64,000 nucleotides of DNA from the NCBI GenBank assembly GCA_051294905.1, contig CM119373.1:684001-748000 (forward strand), in the 5' to 3' direction. Origin of the DNA: Botryllus schlosseri. Its lineage: Eukaryota. A program made the translations under genes and the position numbers. This document shows, one piece after another, positions 52,060 to 64,000 of the stretch; position 1 is the stretch's first letter, and the number at the start of each line of letters is the position of its first letter. A model generated the notes under the pieces. That model was not told the origin of the DNA. It saw only the letters and a program-made list of their open reading frames with translations, and did no database searches.

Positions 52060-52656
52060 CTTAAATTAGAATTAGAATTGGTAAGTTCGCTAAACTTAGC
52101 AATTGAATTCATAAGAAATGCAACAAAAATCCTCATCAGTTCATATCAAATCAGAGTTCATTATCATAACGCAGGATAACTTCAAATGTCTGTACAGTGC
52201 ACTGCGAGTTTTGGTCGTTTCGCGCCATTTAGTTATCATATAGCATTTTAAGTAAAACCTGAAATTAGATTGGAATTAAAATGCGAGCATAGAAACCTTT
52301 GACTATTTAGATTAGAATTTCAATCAGAGCGATGAAAAATTTCACAAATTAGATAACGACATTTCTGTTTAATTAGTCAACTAGAATTATCAAGTCCAAC
52401 TCTGGTCCACGATACCTTTCAATATACACTGGCTACACATGTCAGTTATGGGGCCCGTCGATGACCGCTACTATGCAGACATTCTCAATGAAATGACATT
52501 ATACGGCAATGGGAAAGAGGCAAATTCTAATACCACGCCGAATAATATCACAAATAAAATCAAGGCCGTAATACGCACTGCAGGTAGATTGATCCCAACG
52601 TTTCACACACAACAACTGTGTTGTCGGCCGTGAGTTGTAATCATACAGCATGATAT
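52060..52656 (+). repeat. Paralog of 12430-13030 (MITE end plus unique flank)
   Basis: Shared cacatgtcagttatg..cccgtcgatgaccgc..gccgaataatatcacaaataa..ctgtgttgtcggccgtgagttgtaa. Confidence 0.85.
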
Positions 52657-53620
52657 CCCAGCAAACACAAAACCGTAAAAGGATCATCCGGGATCATCTC
52701 GATTAGGTTCTGATTTTCTAAGTGTCGAGGGAATGTCTAAAATACGTAGTAGGATGGTCTTGTGGTTATATTCAATCAGAATAAATTCATACTCGGTGTT
52801 GTTCCATCTCATGCATTAGGCTTCGTTATATCCGGTAGTTAACCTAATAATGCAAATTTTCTATCTCTCGCGGGTACGACTAAAATACGTAGAAAGGATG
52901 ACTTTGTCGGTACATTCAATCACGATGAATTCTATCCGGTTTTGTTCGATCTCATGCGGTAGCTTCGTTCTATCCATTAGAAAACAATGTTCTCCCTTCG
53001 TTTTATTGCGTGGGGATGTCACCGGTGTTGTATATTCGTGTTGTTGCTCTAAGGTCGAATAGTTTTGTTTTCCTCTGATATATATGATCTTCATTATATA
53101 TATATTCGCTCTTTCGGTAATCTCGCATGTTCAACGAGTATGGTTAATAGTTTTATTCAGAGAATAACTAAATAAGTGATATGTTGTACGTTTAGGAATA
53201 TGATTATCGATGCGTGACTTCTAGAATATTTCGGCGATTCAAATTTTACGTCATCGCGCCATAAAAAGATTTGAAGCGCAACAGGTCGCAGCCAGGCATA
53301 GTTCGCTCTTTCTGTATGGTAAATGCCGTAAATATATAGGAATTGTGACTGACTGAGGTAGCGGGTTGAAGGTATATATGCAGTAGCATATAGCTTATGG
53401 GGTATTTCGAATTGCCTGTAGTATATGACGCCTAGAGCTGTTTGACTTTCTGCAAAACAGGTGTAGATAACTATAGAAAAGTTTCTGCTTTTCCAGGTTA
53501 GAATTAGAGCTAAACCGTTTTTCCGAATTAGATTACAATTATATTGCTGGCATTTCGCTCTAATTTAGTGAAATTAGACCACTATAATTCGCTTCAAACA
53601 TCTGAATTACCGGTACTTAT

Positions 53621-54117
53621 CAGTGATGAGCATCGGAGCGGAGTCGGAGTGGATTCGGAGCGGAGTTTTGCCGATTTTGTGACAGTCGGAGCGGAGTCGG
53701 AGTTTACTACAGATATTTTTTCGGAGTATTGTAACTTTTGTCTCCGATATATTAAGATAGCTCTGACCAAAATACCCTATTGCTTATGATTACAAACCAA
53801 AACACAGACAGTTGACACCTTGTAAAGCTGTAATATGACGGGTAACATGCAAAAATTATCGCCAAGTGCATAAAAATCAGTCATCTGCACTGCAATTGGG
53901 GACTGGAGAGTAAACAATACTATGAGGCCAACCATATTATCACATGTAGCATGTTGTACCATGTACCATGCTTGCACTGTTTCGGATACTTGACGAGATT
54001 CATCGGAGTATCTCGGAGTCTGGGATTGAGCTCTTCGGAGTCGGAGGGAGTTTTCCTCGGACACTCAAGTTGTCGGAGGGATTCGGAGTCTCGAAAAGCA
54101 CTATCCGCTCATCACTG
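53621..54117. mobile_element. hAT MITE with cggagt repeats
   Basis: Perfect TSD gtacttat. TIR cagtgatgagc / gctcatcactg. Confidence 0.9.
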
Positions 54118-54571
54118 GTACTTATACCTACGGTATATCATAATATTTATGCTTGAATTTTCTAGGTATATAAGTCATATAGATACATTCCTGTAGAACA
54201 CTGATTCATGATTTTATAAAAGTTGGTGCAAGAATGGACATTTTCAACTTGATGTTGATTAATGGAGCAAAATTTGATATTTGAGTGCAATTATACCTCG
54301 AATCCAGTGACAAGATTATTAATCGTTGAAACCAAACGCAGCTTGATTATGTTGGCCCAGAGAATTTGGCTAGCCAGACCATATTGATGGAATATGGTCA
54401 CAGTAAGATAATATTTTGGGCTATTTTACATGAACTTTCCAACATTTGATTTGATATGTCCACTAAAACAGTTGTTATTCTGCTTTCGAATAAGACCTTA
54501 ATTGCTGGTTTCAATGGTAACTGTGTTTGTCAAAGGCTGCAAAGGTAATTTCTTTTCCTTGTTAGATGTTT

Positions 54572-55737
54572 ATTTGTTTGTTTGTGGTGTTCATGGTGGT
54601 GGTTCGACTACACTGGTCATTTTATACCAGGCCGGTTCTTCTTATTATTATTCCGTATCTGCCCGATTACCAGTGAACTCGGCACTTAGTGAATTCGGCC
54701 GCACAAACTCGGCACTTGGTGAATTCGGCCGTGGTAGATCTCGTAGCGGTACCATGATTGGTTACTTGAATGTTTGCCGGTGAACTTGGCACTTTGAGTG
54801 GTTGTCAATGTTGTACGGCGGTCAGGGCATGCGTAGATCACACAGTCACGGCGTGATTGGATCACAGATTGCGTAATTGCGGGAAATAACGCGACGCTCT
54901 TCACTTGGTGAACTCGGCCCTTGGAGGAATTGGCACTAGAACACCTTCGCATTAGAAATGCATTTAGTATGAATGAACAGTATCAAAAAGGAAATTTAAA
55001 CGTGTCGTGGCTCGTGGTAGATCTCGTAATCTTGGGATCCTTCAACCGTGTTATCGAGACACCCTAATCCCAGAGTGGAATCGTCTCTCCAAAGGCAAAA
55101 AATAATTTATTTTGACGTGATCATGCGAAACATTTGTTGATGAGGAACACTGGCTTGTCGTGATCGATAAACGAAGAAGCGCCGCTTGATGTTCCACAGT
55201 TTTGATCTCACATACAACGCCAAGGTCCATCTTCTCAAAACTTACACGACACAGGCCCGTGACTCACGCCATCGATTCCAAGCAGACCGCGCGTTGTCGG
55301 TATATGAGCGCTGTGTTATTTCCCGTGGCTACGCAATCCGTGATCTAATCACGCCGTGACTGCGCGATCTACGGATGCCCTGACCTCCTTACAAGATTGA
55401 CGAATCACTTGATAATACTATTATTAGTTTGATAATTCATATTAATAGCTGTAAATACACTTCATTTCAAAATTTCCCGAGGGCCGAATTCACCAAGTGC
55501 CGAGTTTGTGCGGCCGAATTCACCAAGTGCCGGGTGCATCGGCAACCATCTGCCCACTTACAGCACGGCCCACTCCTAGGCTTTTTAAGACATGGCTATG
55601 CGAATCAGATGGCGAGGAGGAGCCTAGATAAACGGCCAACACTTCGGTAGGAATTATGGAGTCGACGTGTCACGCTAGAACCCGCAATTCATTGGTGTTT
55701 AGCTATAATGGAACGTACCACTACGTTTCCTCGCCAT
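54572..55737 (-). mobile_element. SINE family A copy split by a TIR element
   Basis: Tail at 54572-54664 and head at 55556-55737, matching 1411-1685. Confidence 0.7.
54665..55547. mobile_element. Merlin/Mutator-like MITE
   Basis: Perfect 8-bp TSD atctgccc. Inverted ggcacttggtgaattcggcc repeats on both arms. Confidence 0.8.
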
Positions 55738-56147
55738 ACCTTGTAAAATGAGACCGTAGCATTTGGCATTTCGTGTGGCAATTGACTTTTGTGTGGAAAA
55801 TTGTGTTCGTTTTAGAACTTATCCGAAACTTTTATTCCGCCATAGATTGTATATGATAAAACAATATTGGAATTGATCCTAGAAGAATTCCAAAGCAACT
55901 CACCACAAAGGAGGATTTAAAGAAGTTTGCAAGAGATGTGGTATGTTGAATCTGTTTTGGTATTTTTAAATAGGCCTACTTTGTTGTGCCGATAGCAGAC
56001 AGTATATATAAACGTAAGATGTGGAAGCTATCAAGGTGTTTTTAGAAATTCAGTCAGTCAAAGTGGACGATCGTATTGCTTGGATTATTTTTAGGCTTAT
56101 TTTAGCATCTTTGAGATGCAACTCTAAACGTGGACGGTCATGAACAG

Positions 56148-56814
56148 TAGGGCTCTTCAAAAATGACTTTTTTTTCTCAAATCGTACTGGCTACTTGATA
56201 AAATTGTTAGGTTACCTAATTTAAGCCTACAAACAAAATATGGTTCAAATCCAGCCAGTATCCGCTTTGCTACAAGAGAAGAAAGTTCCTATTTAATATA
56301 TAAAAATGAATAATAAAAAATTTGAAGATTTTCTGTTAACCCCATGAAAGTGTTAGGCTGTCTATAGAAACGATGCTCACCAAATTTGGTTCAATTCCAA
56401 CCAGTGGAAGCGGAGTTATTGCTGTCGAAAAATTTGGATTTCAATAAAATAGTACTTACGGTGAGCACAACTTTAATAAGTAAACAAAGAATCGGTCACC
56501 GTAAATACTATTTTATTCAAATCCAAATTTTTCGACGGCAATATCTCCGCTTCCACTGGTTGGAATTGAACCAAATTTGGTGAGCATCGTTTCTATAGAC
56601 AGCCTAACACTTTCATGGGGTGAACAGAAAATTTTCAAATTTTTATTACCTATTTATTTTTATATAATGAATAGAAACTTTCTTCTCCTGTAGCAAAGCG
56701 GTTACTGGCTGGAATTGAACCAAATTTTGTGTTTAGGCTTAAATTAGGTAACCTAACAATTTCATCAAGTAGCCAGAACGATTTGAGAAAAAAAGTCATA
56801 TTTTAAGAGCCCTA
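56148..56814. mobile_element. Young palindromic hATm-type MITE
   Basis: tagggctctt / aagagcccta. Arms of about 320 bp are near-perfect inverted repeats around 56470-56495. Confidence 0.9.
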
Positions 56815-58916
56815 ATGTCCATGTCAGAGAAACGTTTTAGGGTAGGCCTACTCATATGTCTCGCAGCGTTCTCTACATAATTGTCAATTGCGATACAAAC
56901 TGTTTGCTTGTATTGGTAAAGCCATCCAACTTCGAATTGTAAAATGTTGGGAGTCTTGATATCAAATTTTTGAAAGGTGCACTTTGAGAAGATTTCGGAA
57001 TCTGTCAAATTATACAAAAATTTAGCAAATTCTTTGACATATTTCATCTATTTGGGACTCGATCAACGTAAAAGAATTGGTAATCATTTTATACAATATA
57101 TTGTATTTGTAGTTGAAGTATAGTAATAATTCTTATGGTTACCGCACTTGTAACGATTCACGGCCATAACTGGAATAATTAGAATGATGTAACTTTCAAA
57201 TTGTCATGCATTTTGCAACAACATTGTTCTCAATTTTCAAGGTGCTGACCATTCGAGGAAGAATCACCCACCGGGAATTCACGATCCGTAAACGCGGCCG
57301 ACTGTTTCTCTTCTCAAGCGGAAGCGACAGAGAAGAGGAACGAAGAGAAAAAAGGAGCAGAAATAGCAAGAGTGTGACAAGTCGCGTCCGTTCGCTTTAA
57401 TGCGTATTTCCATCCGCGAAGTAGTAGGTGGGAAAACTAATGGGCGTTTGGTTAGGGCTTATATAAGGTTGACTCCAGCGCTGTATTTGCTAAATGTTGC
57501 TATGAAATAGGGGTGGTGTCATTTGGTATCAATATTGACTATTGAAAGACCATTTGTTAGTGGTCATGGATTTGTTCGGCCAGTATGCAGTAATTTCTGA
57601 TGGTCACTTCCCGGGCTTCTGTTCTCTAACCCCTCATGATTGTTAATCTGCTTCTAGTAAGACTGTCGATTCTAATGTTTTATCGTATCATTTGTCGGAG
57701 GTTTCGCTCGCTTTATTTACAACGTTTTGCTCTCTGCTAGGTCAATTACTGGCTGAGTATCACTACAGCCTAAGAAACTGCACTAATTCTCATTTTAATG
57801 TCTTGCTGGTTATCTTGCTGTCAATTCTAATAATTTATTAATGTCTATACCAGTGCCGCCACTCAAATGTTTTGTTCTCTGTACACAATATTGTTAGGTC
57901 TTCAGCTTTCCAGGCAGAGTATCATTCCACTTTCTAGACTTGAGTATATATCTCTCCAACTAGCTGCCAAATAACTGATTCATTTGGATTGTTGAATTGA
58001 TCATTTTGGACAGAATGTGAAGAAATTTTAGTCAAGAATTCTTTTTGTGTTAGTGGCTGTTTTCAAAGAGTGCTGAAGTAGTCATCGTTGATCTTGATAA
58101 TCAAGTAGAAGTGACGATTGAAGTCAGTTCTCTAGTCATATAATATTAAAAAATATAATAATAAAACTTGAAAACTTGAGTGGAAATAGTTCAGAATCGA
58201 ATCCATTTTAGTAAGTATGGGCGAAAAAAATGTAGGAGTCATTCGTTAGTCGCTACCTCTGCCATTTTCGCAGTACGAATGTCTTAGCTATTAATCATCA
58301 TTTTCATTTTATTTCTGCAGGGTGTTGAAAAAAAAGGCCGCATGCAGGTTATTTAACTGGCTCATCAGAAGATGAAACCTGATGATAAGGACTGTTTTCA
58401 CTTTCTTTCTAAAGACATTCGTTCGTTTGTTCGTTTTATTTTTTACAACGGCATTATTGCCAATTCGTTTGAAATTAAATTATCACAAATGTGATTAATA
58501 TGTAGTAAATAATGTGGTGTGTGTACGCAGCCGTGATCAGGTTAAGCCCATAGTGGTAGAAAACAGGTTATTATATCAGGATCTTCTTCTTCTAACGTAG
58601 GATCTACATTCTACTCACCATGTTTAAAGGCTGTAGCATCTGCATAATATTTACATTATTGAAGGACATGGAAAAGACGTTGAATTGAGTCGACACAAAA
58701 TCCCCCTTTCTACGACCTGCCGAGATCTAATATCTACTATATCGGCTCGGCTTTTCTACATCTTTGGTCTGTACTGTGTTTGCTGGGATGTTATACGTAT
58801 GTGTGATTATCCGAATCAGGGAAAGTAAATGTCGTACGTAATACAACCAATACTGACATGCGTAGCAGAAACGTCCATCGGTTAATATCGTGACGATCAT
58901 GTACTACATTGCACAT

Positions 58917-61866
58917 TAGGGTTGTTCAGATTTGGGCAATTTTTTGGAAACTTGTTTTGCGTAATTCCAAATGATAGTTTAGTGCATAAAAACACCTCTA
59001 AAACTGATTTTGGTCATTTTCATCGCGGTCTTCCCTGCGCGCAAAGCCCCCAAAGACCCACGGGTCAATTCTCCTTACTAGCGACGATTCACCATTGCTG
59101 GTTTGTAGCTTTTGTGAAGTTTGCGGTAGAAAACGGCCGAGTAGAGCTGGGAAATATCAGGTTGAATTATCTTTTTGACAATTGAACATACCTACATTCC
59201 TATACATGCCAAATGTGTTTCACCTTCCCGTATTTGGTATAGGTAGCCGGGTGGTAGGCCTATGTATGAAATGAACGAATACAGGCATTTCCAGCCGGTT
59301 TCAACTCTGTAAATGTTAATCAAAGACATATTGTATATGAATGTAATTTCACCTTTATAGTAGCTTCAATTCACCTAATCCGCATCAGGTTTGCAGTATC
59401 TAATACGTCTGAAAGAAAGTTGACACCCCCCTCCCCCACCACCTCCGAACGCAAAAACTCAGACCTGTCCTGTCCAAGACGTTGTCACAGTAGCGAATAC
59501 GGCCAGAATGCAAATGTCAAAAGCTCACGACACTAGGCTTCTTCTCAAATGATCATGACAGGTAAGTCTAAATGGGGGTCCTGATCCTCAACTACCAATG
59601 CGTTCTGTCTGAAAACGTCCCCGGTGTTCTTACGGAAACAGAAACAATCTGAAAACATATTAGTCATTGTCGTCACCCACTATGGTATGTGCTTACAACT
59701 GAGTTAACTTAAGAAATCTGGCACAGACTATGTTTCTGAAACTTGATGAATTTATTGTATGGAAATTTGCATTATCAAACTTGAAAAGCAGAATAAGGCA
59801 AAACATAAATCCGGACATAGTAGGCCGACCATTTAAGTGACTTGAGACAATTGTGAAAGATGAAAAGACAGGTATTATCATTGAAGAACATGTTGAGAAT
59901 TAGGTAAGCATAAAAACAAAATGTGGATAACAACAGGCTCTAGTCTCAGGCAGGCTCATAGGATTTCAGTGTGGATTTATTGAAGTTGTGATACTTCTGA
60001 CGGTGTAGCTAAACAACTTGCAGCATACTTTTCTTTTGGCGCTCATCATCTGTGATGATCGAAGCAAAGTCGGTATTGAGTTTAACTCCTAGTTCAGCAG
60101 CGTCATTAACGACTTTGACATTACTTACAAAATGGCTCATTTCATTGTATTGTATTGTATAGTATTGTACTTAGGCCATTGTTCCACAGGCTGATTCAAC
60201 CATTCTCCAGAACACTCAAATTCGTTGAACAAATGCCATGACTGAGGGCCCACTAAATCAGCCAAAGTGGTGTTATCCTCTATAGTCCCTTCTGATGAGA
60301 GAATGCATGGCCCGCGTCGATAAGATTGCGGTTTTTCAACTTTCAGTAGGCGGCTTGCAATACTTTTTCTGGTATCACAACTTTCTTTTTCTGAGAACAA
60401 GGCATAAACCAAAGTTTCTTCCACAATGTACGATGGATGCTTCCTCAACTTATTGAGAGCAGATTCAGCAACATCTTTATCGGTAGTTGTTTTTTTGAAA
60501 TTGTTGAATAATGTATTTTCAGGACCTGTTGTTTCAGGTCCAAAAATGATTGTCCAGACACTCTTTACCACCAACTCCAATACATGATGGCGACAAGCAT
60601 GATACAACATTTATTTACCTAGGCGGTCTTCCAGTAACTTTGCAGCTCCTTTTTTCCATCCACTATTCCTTGATGTCGTGTCAAATACCAACGTGGCAAT
60701 GGAATTCTGCTAACTCCAAGTCGTTATCAAATCAAATGCAGTTTTACCTTGGACCTCTCCTGTGGCATTTTCAATCTTTTGAATTCCAAGTAATTTTCCA
60801 TTGGTATGCAGAGGATGAGAAGACAAAATAACAGCAATGCTTCATACTTTGTTCCATACCTGTCTTCTGTCAACTTTCCATCCCAGTGTATAGCAGCATG
60901 ATTCGGCAGGTCTTGTTGAAATGACTCGTATATTTCATGCGAAATCTCAAGACGATTAGCTTCTCTACGTCTCTTTATAGTTGGCCTGGATAGCACAAAG
61001 TCATTTAAGTCCCCACCGCATGCCTGTATGAAGGCACTAATCAACATAGTTGCTTCATTATCGGTCAATCCTGAGTTTTGATCGTTTTAGAGGGCATTCC
61101 TCTTTCAGATACAGCAAATACTGTAGAACTTGGCGTAGAGTGGGTAACTTGGAGTGAATATTACACTCAGATGAATATCCAATCAAATTATGACCAGACT
61201 TCGATCTTGTTCTTGGTGGGTCCGACACAACCTTTCTCCGCTTTGTTTCAGACATTCTTCTTCAACCAAATTGTAGCCTACCAGCAAATTGGATAACTCA
61301 GTATTTTACAGTAACACTAAAATTGAGGCAAAGATTACTGAAATAACATATTACATGCCTTCCAGTAACATTTACTAGCTTAACACCAGCTGGAAATGTC
61401 TGTGCATCTGTTCTCGAGCTCGACTCACAATCACAACAGGATGGTGCTTCTTCGGTGTACGATTCATAACAAACGTGCTACCAATACATGCTTCCCATGA
61501 ACACGATATACCGGTTCTGCATGGTATAACGAAGATTCATCTGGCATTTATAGGACTGCATTTCAGTACAGTTATGAATACAGATATATTTCCCATCCTT
61601 ACATAGCCGTCTTGAACCGATAACTTCACAAAAGCTCCAAACCAGGGACACGGTCAACACTACAGATAAAGATATGACGTAAACACTCTGGTGGATCGTC
61701 AGAAGTAAGGAGAATTGACCCGTGGGTCTTTGGGGGCTTTGCGCGCAGGGAAGACCGCGATGAAAATGACCAAAATCGGTTTTAGAGGTGTTTTTATGCA
61801 CTACACTATCATTTGGAATTACGCAAAACAAGTTTCCAAAAAATTGCCCAAATCTGAACAACCCTA
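58917..61866 (-). mobile_element. hATm transposon with decayed transposase
   Basis: Perfect TSD ttgcacat, TAGGG ends, TIRs of about 175 bp. Empty site at about 13145. Confidence 0.9.
59946..61255 (-). pseudogene. hATm-type transposase pseudogene
   Basis: Motifs LPTLRQVL, IHWDGKL, ACRHHVLEL and VKVVNDAAELGVKL in order across several frames. Frameshifts, a stop and an internal deletion. Confidence 0.85.
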
Positions 61867-62446
61867 TTGCACATGCGTAACATCGAAAACATGACCATTG
61901 CCGTCCGTAGTGCAGTGTCCGTAGTACACCACTAAATTCAAGTAAAATGTTGGTAAATTGGGAGTCGAATGAAAATGATGACCTTTGTTGTAGTCAACTG
62001 AACAAAAGTCCGGTAAATATCACAAAATCGACTGTTTTCAATATCTTCTTTCTGTTTGAACATTCATGGTTAGAGTAGGAACAAGTATGAGTATATTATG
62101 ATTGCAACGCATTCGATATCACGCAAGTGTTTAAAAATGAGAGTAGAACCCCTGACTTGAATTCAATAATTAACAGTGAACATTATGACTGGAACTCGGG
62201 TCTCAACTCGTATTCAAGCCGTCGTTCCTTGACACATCGAAATTATCTCATGGGAACCATACAGGTTTCTGAAGAAAAATATGTTTCAAATGACAATATT
62301 CCGTTGGAACGGTTACAGCATGCGTCATCGTATCGTGGTCTCTGTGTCTACAAGACAGGCTGTCGCGTGTTACGACAAAGTAATACACGTGGAACGGTCC
62401 GTCAGAAGAAAGAAATACGCAGCGGATACGCAACGCACCTTCCGGA

Positions 62447-62500
62447 GTCAGATTACATATTAGTAACATCAGATTACATATTAGTAACATCACATTACCT
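62447..62500. repeat. 21-bp tandem repeat (tcagattacatattagtaaca), about 2.5 copies
   Basis: Read directly from the sequence. Confidence 0.85.
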
Positions 62501-63339
62501 TATCTCTGCGTTATATTATAGATTACTAACCTACGGATAGATACGCAAGTCCTGTCGTTACGGTCCGGCTAGCAGTTACACTTGTTGCTGAGCAATCTAA
62601 AAGCAGCATAATTGGTGGAGTTATAGCTTGCGACCCGAGGGCTGATATGTAATGAAACTGGTCTTAATCGAGAGCTACTGCCGCACTGATTCCGAAAATA
62701 AAAATCTTGTTAAGGATATGGAACCACCTCAAAACAGACCTAAAAATCTGAAAATCGGCATTGTTCCAACAATCACACCACCACAACACGATGAACATAA
62801 CAATGGCCAATTTGGTCTAGCGATTGTTCAGAACAATGCCGATTTTCAGATTTTGAAGGATGTTTTGACATGGTCGGAATTAGACTAAGGGTTTCTACGT
62901 GCGACTTTCGGCAAGAGTTTAAAGATGCTGTTGACAGTTTTGATCGACCACAGATGTTTCATTGACTCCAAAAACTATTGAAGTACATTACGTTAACGGA
63001 ATGTTTCGGTCTCTATCGTTCAAAGTCAAAATTTACATATCATCGTAACTGGCAAGACGTTATTGAACGACCACGCCGATAGTGGCCAGAGTAGGAGAGG
63101 ACTTTCATTCATTTGCAGCGGTGATCTTGTCGAAGGCGGACGTGGTTTGCGCTGAGCGGGTATGGAGGCGCGTATTTCAGTTAGTTGAGGGACTTTTGAT
63201 GCCTATAGAACCCCATGTCATTTATTTCGGGGTCTGGTCTACTTTCCTACCCGCAAAGAAAAGTGTTCCCCATGAATATGTATAAATTTAAAGTGTTTCA
63301 CCATTTCATCACATATGCTCCCACTACACTAGATAGAGA

Positions 63340-63594
63340 GAGAGATATGATATGATATTCTTTTTCGCCTGCACCATCGAGATGCTTTGTCGACGGAGTT
63401 GCGATACGGCCCCATGAGGTCATCTAGTCTGCGCCCCCGTTTTTTTTCTCCATGTTATCCGTGATTGCTGAGCGCCTAGCAGGATAGCTGCGGATACCAA
63501 TTTTTGAGTCTTTGGTATGACCCGGCCGGGGATCGAACCCACGACCTACCGCTCTAGAAGCCGGACGCATAACCATTACACTATCTCGCTCGGT
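63340..63594 (-). mobile_element. tRNA-derived SINE, family B
   Basis: Minus strand accgagcgagatagtgtaatgg (A box)..gggttcgatccc (B box), then gtcataccaaagac..ctgctaggcgctcagca and an (atatc)n tail. Confidence 0.8.
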
Positions 63595-63605
63595 AGATAT
63601 TAGCC

Positions 63606-64000
63606 TAGGCTTACCATATTTTGGAAATGAAAAAAGAGGACACTTTTTCATAAATTTCAGACATGCAAAACTGGAGAAGAATTCTCAAAAACCGGTAAAT
63701 TTTACCCACTTCATGATCGGTTGACTAAAAGAAAAAAAAGGTCATCACTTCCGCTCAGAGCTCAAAATCACGTTTTTTACTCCACATTGCCAGGTGAATG
63801 ACTAAAAAAAAATAAGGTCTTCTTTTCGCTCAGAGCTGAAATCACCGCTTTGCCTTCCGAAATACCCGCCGGAGCTTCACTTCTGCGCTAATTTGCGGCA
63901 TATCACTCGCAATTTCCTCTCAATTTGACCTAAATTTTCATAAAAGAGGACAAAATCTCAAAAAAGAGGACAAAAGGGCGTCCTCCGAGGACACTTTCAA
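63606..64000. mobile_element. hAT MITE left part, cut by the window edge
   Basis: Starts taggcttaccatattt. Has aaaagaggaca and aaaaaaggtc subterminal repeats. Confidence 0.6.

Larger units (their letters stand above)
52657..58787. mobile_element. EnSpm/CACTA-like element of 6.1 kb (CCCAGCAAACACA ends)
   Basis: 13-bp TIR cccagcaaacaca / tgtgtttgctggg and 2-bp TSD at. Empty site at about 13028. Confidence 0.85.

Noticed and set aside
57206..58400. Charged ORF and a splice-acceptor-like site (ttctgcag at about 58320) inside the EnSpm-like element
   Set aside because: These could be remnants of an element gene, but no transposase motif is recognisable.
58922..59185. Twin ORFs MFRFGQFFGNLF at 58922 (+) and 61861 (-)
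   Set aside because: Both are read from the two TIRs of the hATm element.
62127..63285. ORFs of 60-137 aa near the right end
   Set aside because: No recognisable motif, one includes a tandem repeat, and no consistent splice structure could be established.

Overview
AT-rich eukaryotic, probably invertebrate animal, genomic DNA; the taxon cannot be fixed from the sequence. The window is mostly a graveyard of nested transposons. It holds about 25 terminal-inverted-repeat (TIR) elements, most with readable target-site duplications (TSDs): hAT Buster/Tip100/Ac-like, hATm, EnSpm/CACTA-like, a Sola2-like foldback, and Mutator/Merlin-like types. It also holds I/Nimb-like LINE remnants, two tRNA-derived SINE families and a Penelope-like repeat carrying a minimal hammerhead ribozyme. 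The only convincing intact ORFs are two paralogous stand-alone Ty1/copia-type aspartic-protease ORFs (30824-31414 and 40409-41011). They lack gag, integrase, RT and LTRs, sit in a duplicated segment, and each is followed by a decayed hammerhead-repeat copy, making them candidate domesticated protease genes. No prokaryotic operon, CRISPR array, rRNA or genuine tRNA was found. All assignments come from manual reading and motif recall, not database searches.
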